DNA of 64,000 nt from Eledone cirrhosa (taxonomy: Eukaryota): NCBI GenBank assembly GCA_964016885.1, contig OZ024741.1:282968001-283032000 (forward strand). Direction: 5' to 3'. Made by a program: the position numbers and the translations under genes. Shown piece by piece: positions 59,900-64,000 of the stretch. Within the stretch, counting starts at the first letter, position 1; each line of letters starts with the position of its first letter. Under the pieces are notes generated by a model. The model saw only the letters and a list, made by a program, of their open reading frames with translations, did not search any database and was not told the origin of the DNA.

Positions 59900-62215
59900 C
59901 ATGAGATAGAGGTTTAAAGGGTACATATCCTGAAACTCCAAAGAGAGTCCAGAAGGGAGCAAATCTTGAGCAAAACTAGAATATTACAACACTTATAGGT
60001 AAGGAACTGGTGAAAGAGGCCAGATGCTACTAGCTAGATATAGTTGGGATTTCTTCAACAAAGTTCTGTGGGCTCTGGTGCCATAAATATGGATGGAGGA
60101 TGGAGGAAACTCCACTATTCAGGTGTGGTGCCAGAAATGACTGCACAGATGGACTGCTCACAAATCCCTGGCTGTCAGAACGTGTTAAGAACTGGATCCC
60201 ATTGGGAAGGAGGAAGCTTAGGCTGAAAGAAAGGTCACTGCAGGATTAGATGTAGTTAAGAGTCATATATGAATGGAGAGGTCCTATTAGACTTCTGCTC
60301 TAGTAATGGGCTCTCTTTTATGAACAACTGCTTTCAACACAAAACATCCATAAATACACATGGTATAAGGGTAATCAGGGATAGAGATCAATAATTGATT
60401 TTGCTTTCGTCTCTGAATTTGATTCTGTGCTAGATATTAAGAGAGGGCTGAGCTGTCAACTGATCATCTTGTTATCTGCAGCCTGAGATTACTTAAAACC
60501 AAGAAAACCCACAAAACTGTCAAGTCCAGGGCAACCTATAGGATAAAGTGGGAAGCACTGGTGGATAAGGAAAACAGGATCAGGTATGCAGATACTACTG
60601 CATCCAAATTCAGAGAACTCTCTGAACAAACTGAGAATATTAAAATGGAGTGGAGACTGTTCTGCTTGGCTGTTTCTGCTTCAGTTGTTAAATGCTGCAA
60701 GTGAAAGAGGCTTGATGTGGCACAGGATGGCAGGAGGACACCTTGGCTCAATCAAGAGGTCAAAGATGCCATCCAAACAAAGAAGGAGGCTTACAAAGCT
60801 TGGCTTGGAAATAAATCCTCCTCCTTGCACTTGTGGTACAAGCAAGTGTGAAAAGTTGCAGCAGAGGCAGTAAAGGTGTCTAAAGTTAAAACATGGGAGG
60901 ACTTTGGAGTTAAGCTGGAATCTGACTTTAGATCAGCAAATAAAGTGTGCTGGCAGACCAGCCACCGAATTTGTAATAAGAAGTCTTCCTCCATTGCTAC
61001 CAGGAAAACGTCTGGGGTTCTCCACTCTGAAGTGAGGTGCATCGTTATGAGGTGGAGAGAATACTTTGCTGATCTATTAAATCTGGTCTCAATGACTAAC
61101 CTCTCAGAGGCTAAGGTCACAAGAACAATTAAAGAGCTCAAATGTGGCAAGGCCACTGGGAAGGATGATATTCAGCCCAAGATAATAAAAGCCTTATAAA
61201 GAAGTGGTATTCTCTGGTTGACCCATGTGTGCTGGGTGGCCTGGATCTCTGGAAAGGTATCTAAGTATTGGCAATTTGGAGTGATAATCCCAATGTTCAA
61301 AAAGAAGTCAGTCAAGAGAGATTGTTCTAATTATAGAGGGATCTCCTTGTTAAGTCTCCCTTGTTAAGTCTATGCTAAGTGTCTGGCAAAGATCTAGCTA
61401 GCTGATGAACAGTGTGGTCTTTGCCCCAGACAGCATAACCAACCAAATATTTACACTGCAGCAGATCTTTGAGAAATTGTGAGAGTATTGCAAAGAGATA
61501 TATATATGTTTTGTAGACCTTTAAAAGGCATATGATCATGTTCCATGGGCTCTGCTGTGGAAGGTTCTGCAGGAGTATGATATCAATGGACAGATTCTTG
61601 TTACCCTAATGTCTCTATATGAATGCCCTAGAATTTGTGTCCAGATAAATGGTGCTAAATCAAAACCATTCAATGTCAGAGTCGGATTCCACCAAGGGTG
61701 CATACTGTCACCTCTCCTTTCATTATTTTCATGAACAGGATTGACTACACAGCTGGGTTGGAAGTGGTACCATGGCTGGCAGGTGGAGGATCAGTCAGCT
61801 GAAATTTACAGACGACATGGTACTACTTAACTTGTTGGAAGGTGATCTCTGACTTGACGGGTTTGTTGCTGAGTGCTGCGTGGCTTGAGTGAAAATCAGT
61901 GCTACAAAGACTGAGACACTCGTCTTCATAAGAAATTCTATGCAGTACATTCTATATATGAGGGGACACATGGTTAGAATGTCTCAGGAAAGAAATGCTG
62001 GTTAGATTTTACAGGCAAAATCAACTGGCAGGAGACCCAGGAGTAGACTCCAAGCAAGATGGCTGGATAACATCCATGAGCTCAGCTGGTGTCACTTGGG
62101 GATCCAGCTGGATCAATTGGAGACAGCTGCTTCTGACAGGAGCCACTGGAAGGTGTGCTTGAGGACTGCCTCCATGAATTTCCAAGGAATAAATGGGTAG
62201 AATAAGAAAAGAAGA
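59900..62215 (+). mobile_element. Heavily decayed RTE-clade LINE (Rex3/Expander-like)
   Basis: GAELSTDH, GKATGKDDI, NYRGISLLS, CFVDL.KAYD, HQGCILSPLLF, FTDD remnants. Confidence 0.8.
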
Positions 62216-62403
62216 TGTATGATGAGAATTGACTGGAAGATAAGCAGCAACAATTTTAGAAACTATGATAACAATTTTAGCAGTTTTATCACATAATTTT
62301 AGGAAAGAAAGTATTATATTTTAATAGCATGAAACAACACTCAGAGAAGACAACATCTACAGCACGATAAATCTCAAGACACAAACACCTTCCTTTAAAA
62401 TTA

Positions 62404-62676
62404 TCTATGAGGATGTCTGTCTGTGTGTGTGTGTGTGTGAGTTCGAATCCCTAAAACTCGAGAACCAACCAACCGACTGTTTTCAAACTTTACACATGTA
62501 ATACTTATGTTTCAGGGAGTGTTCTGAGCAAAATTTTCAATGCCCTAGGGACCGATTAGGCGATCTCTCTCTATAATTCTTAGTCTTTCTCTTTTTAGAT
62601 AGATACATACATATAACGTCGCGCCCTTAGAATATATGTCTGTATGTCTGTATTACGTCACTTCCTTGAGGATGTC

Positions 62677-62717
<41 letters not shown>

Positions 62718-63306
62718 CTGTGAGTTTGAATCCCTAAAACTCGAGAAATTCCCAACCGATGTTTTTCAAACTTTACATGTGTATTACTTATGTTTCAGGG
62801 AGTGTTATGCACATAAAAAATTCAGCTTTTTTTTTTTTATCTCCTAGGGCCCGCATTAGGTGAAAAACTGCGTTTTTTAAACATTTTTAGGGGTTTTTTG
62901 AGGCGTTACGTCAGACCGATTTCCTTAAAATTGTAACTATGTATTAGTCAGTCTCTTCTTCATACTGTAAGCAAAAAAAATCCAACTTTCTTAGGTGAAA
63001 ACCTTCATTTTTTCAGCTTCTTAGGGCTTTTTGGAGGCGTTACGTCTAGCCGATTTTCCCGAAATTTCAAGGCATATTATGCACATAAAAAAAATTCATT
63101 TTCTTTATCCCTAGGGCCCGCATTAGGTGAAAACCTGCATTTTTCCTGCTTCATCGAGGAAAATCTTAAAGATTATCCAGCCATCAGAGTATTCGGTTTA
63201 TTTTCTTTACATATTGTCCAGGCATGCAGTTTTTCCACGATTAGGTCTGTTGGCGGCCCGCGTTCCAAAATACCTTATCCCGTGCAACGCCGGATACCAC
63301 TGCTAG
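62404..63306 (+). mobile_element. Complete non-autonomous Helitron
   Basis: A|TC at 62403/62404, hairpin 63276-63296, CTAG|T at 63303-63307; internal subrepeats; body is the reverse complement of about 41160-41915. Confidence 0.9.
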
Positions 63307-63685
63307 TAAAAAATATTTTTAAAAATAGATCACAAATGGATAATATCAATTTATTTTTCATGGGAGAAACTCTTTGAAATAGTTACAAACTAAAAGACGG
63401 CAGTAATAACAATTGTACCTAAGGATTTTAATTTAAATAATAGATTCGTCACTTTTCATAAGAAATTTCTTATTCTATTATTTTATGATGTAATTACAAG
63501 ATATATATCTTTTTATTTTCAACCACCTGTAACTATTCAATTATATGCGGTGGGAATATTTTATTTTCTATTTTCCAATTGCATTGGGAGGATACAATGA
63601 AAAGAAGGATTGGTATTTCAGATTGTAAAATGACTTGGCATTCAGCAATCAAGATTTCACATATTTATGCTGATGCTTTGAACAC

Positions 63686-63721
63686 TATAAAAGGCCACTT
63701 GTACATAACCTATCTGTCATT
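63686..63721 (+). promoter_or_regulatory. Candidate TATA box and initiator
   Basis: TATAAAAG at 63686 and TCATT at 63717, about 30-nt spacing, 150 nt upstream of the signal-peptide ATG. Confidence 0.45.
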
Positions 63722-63835
63722 TGGAGAAAAGTTTTTCTTTCCTGTTTACAGAATTCAGAAAGCTTGAAAGCTGATTTGAAGGAAAAGTTTTTTTAGAAAA
63801 CAATCAAACGAAAGCAAGAGCACCATCATATCAAC

Positions 63836-63902
63836 ATGAATTTTTATATTCTTGTTATTGTTGCAGTTTGTTTTACTGCTTATAATGCAGCAGCAGAAAA
63901 CG
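63836..63902 (+). CDS. First coding exon of a secreted protein (signal peptide); gene continues beyond the window
   Basis: caacATG context; MNFYILVIVAVCFTAYNAAAEN with hydrophobic core and A-x-A cleavage motif; G|gtaagc phase-1 donor. Confidence 0.65.
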
Positions 63903-64000
63903 GTAAGCACACTTAACAAAAATTATTTTTCTTATATATATATATGGGTGTACATATATAGATGAGGGTTGCATCTCGTTTTTGAAAATTGTTATCACTT

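Overview
AT-rich, microsatellite-rich eukaryotic genomic DNA, most likely a coleoid cephalopod (octopus-like; inferred from its RTE-LINE 3' tails and CORE/Nin-type SINEs, not proven). Most of the window is transposon-derived: several RTE LINEs (two with intact RT ORFs carrying an internal PHD-type finger), two RTE-BovB-like LINEs with C2H2 fingers, a Tx1/L1-like LINE, a REL-endonuclease LINE fragment, a Naiad-type Penelope element, two full LTR retrotransposons with TSDs, three Helitron-derived elements, MITEs and SINEs. One host gene can be assembled by eye on the minus strand: PBDC1 (CXorf26), five coding exons between 14230 and 31869, first exon unresolved. A signal-peptide first exon of a second gene starts at 63836 (+). 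Highlights: (i) an LTR element whose primer-binding position is a perfect 12-nt complement of the 5' END of tRNA-Phe instead of a tRNA 3' CCA end; (ii) five sequence-distinct type I hammerhead ribozyme motifs in the first 9.3 kb; (iii) a PHD finger inserted inside an RTE reverse transcriptase; (iv) long foldback structures in the PBDC1 region. All calls were made by eye with no database search; boundaries of decayed repeats are approximate.
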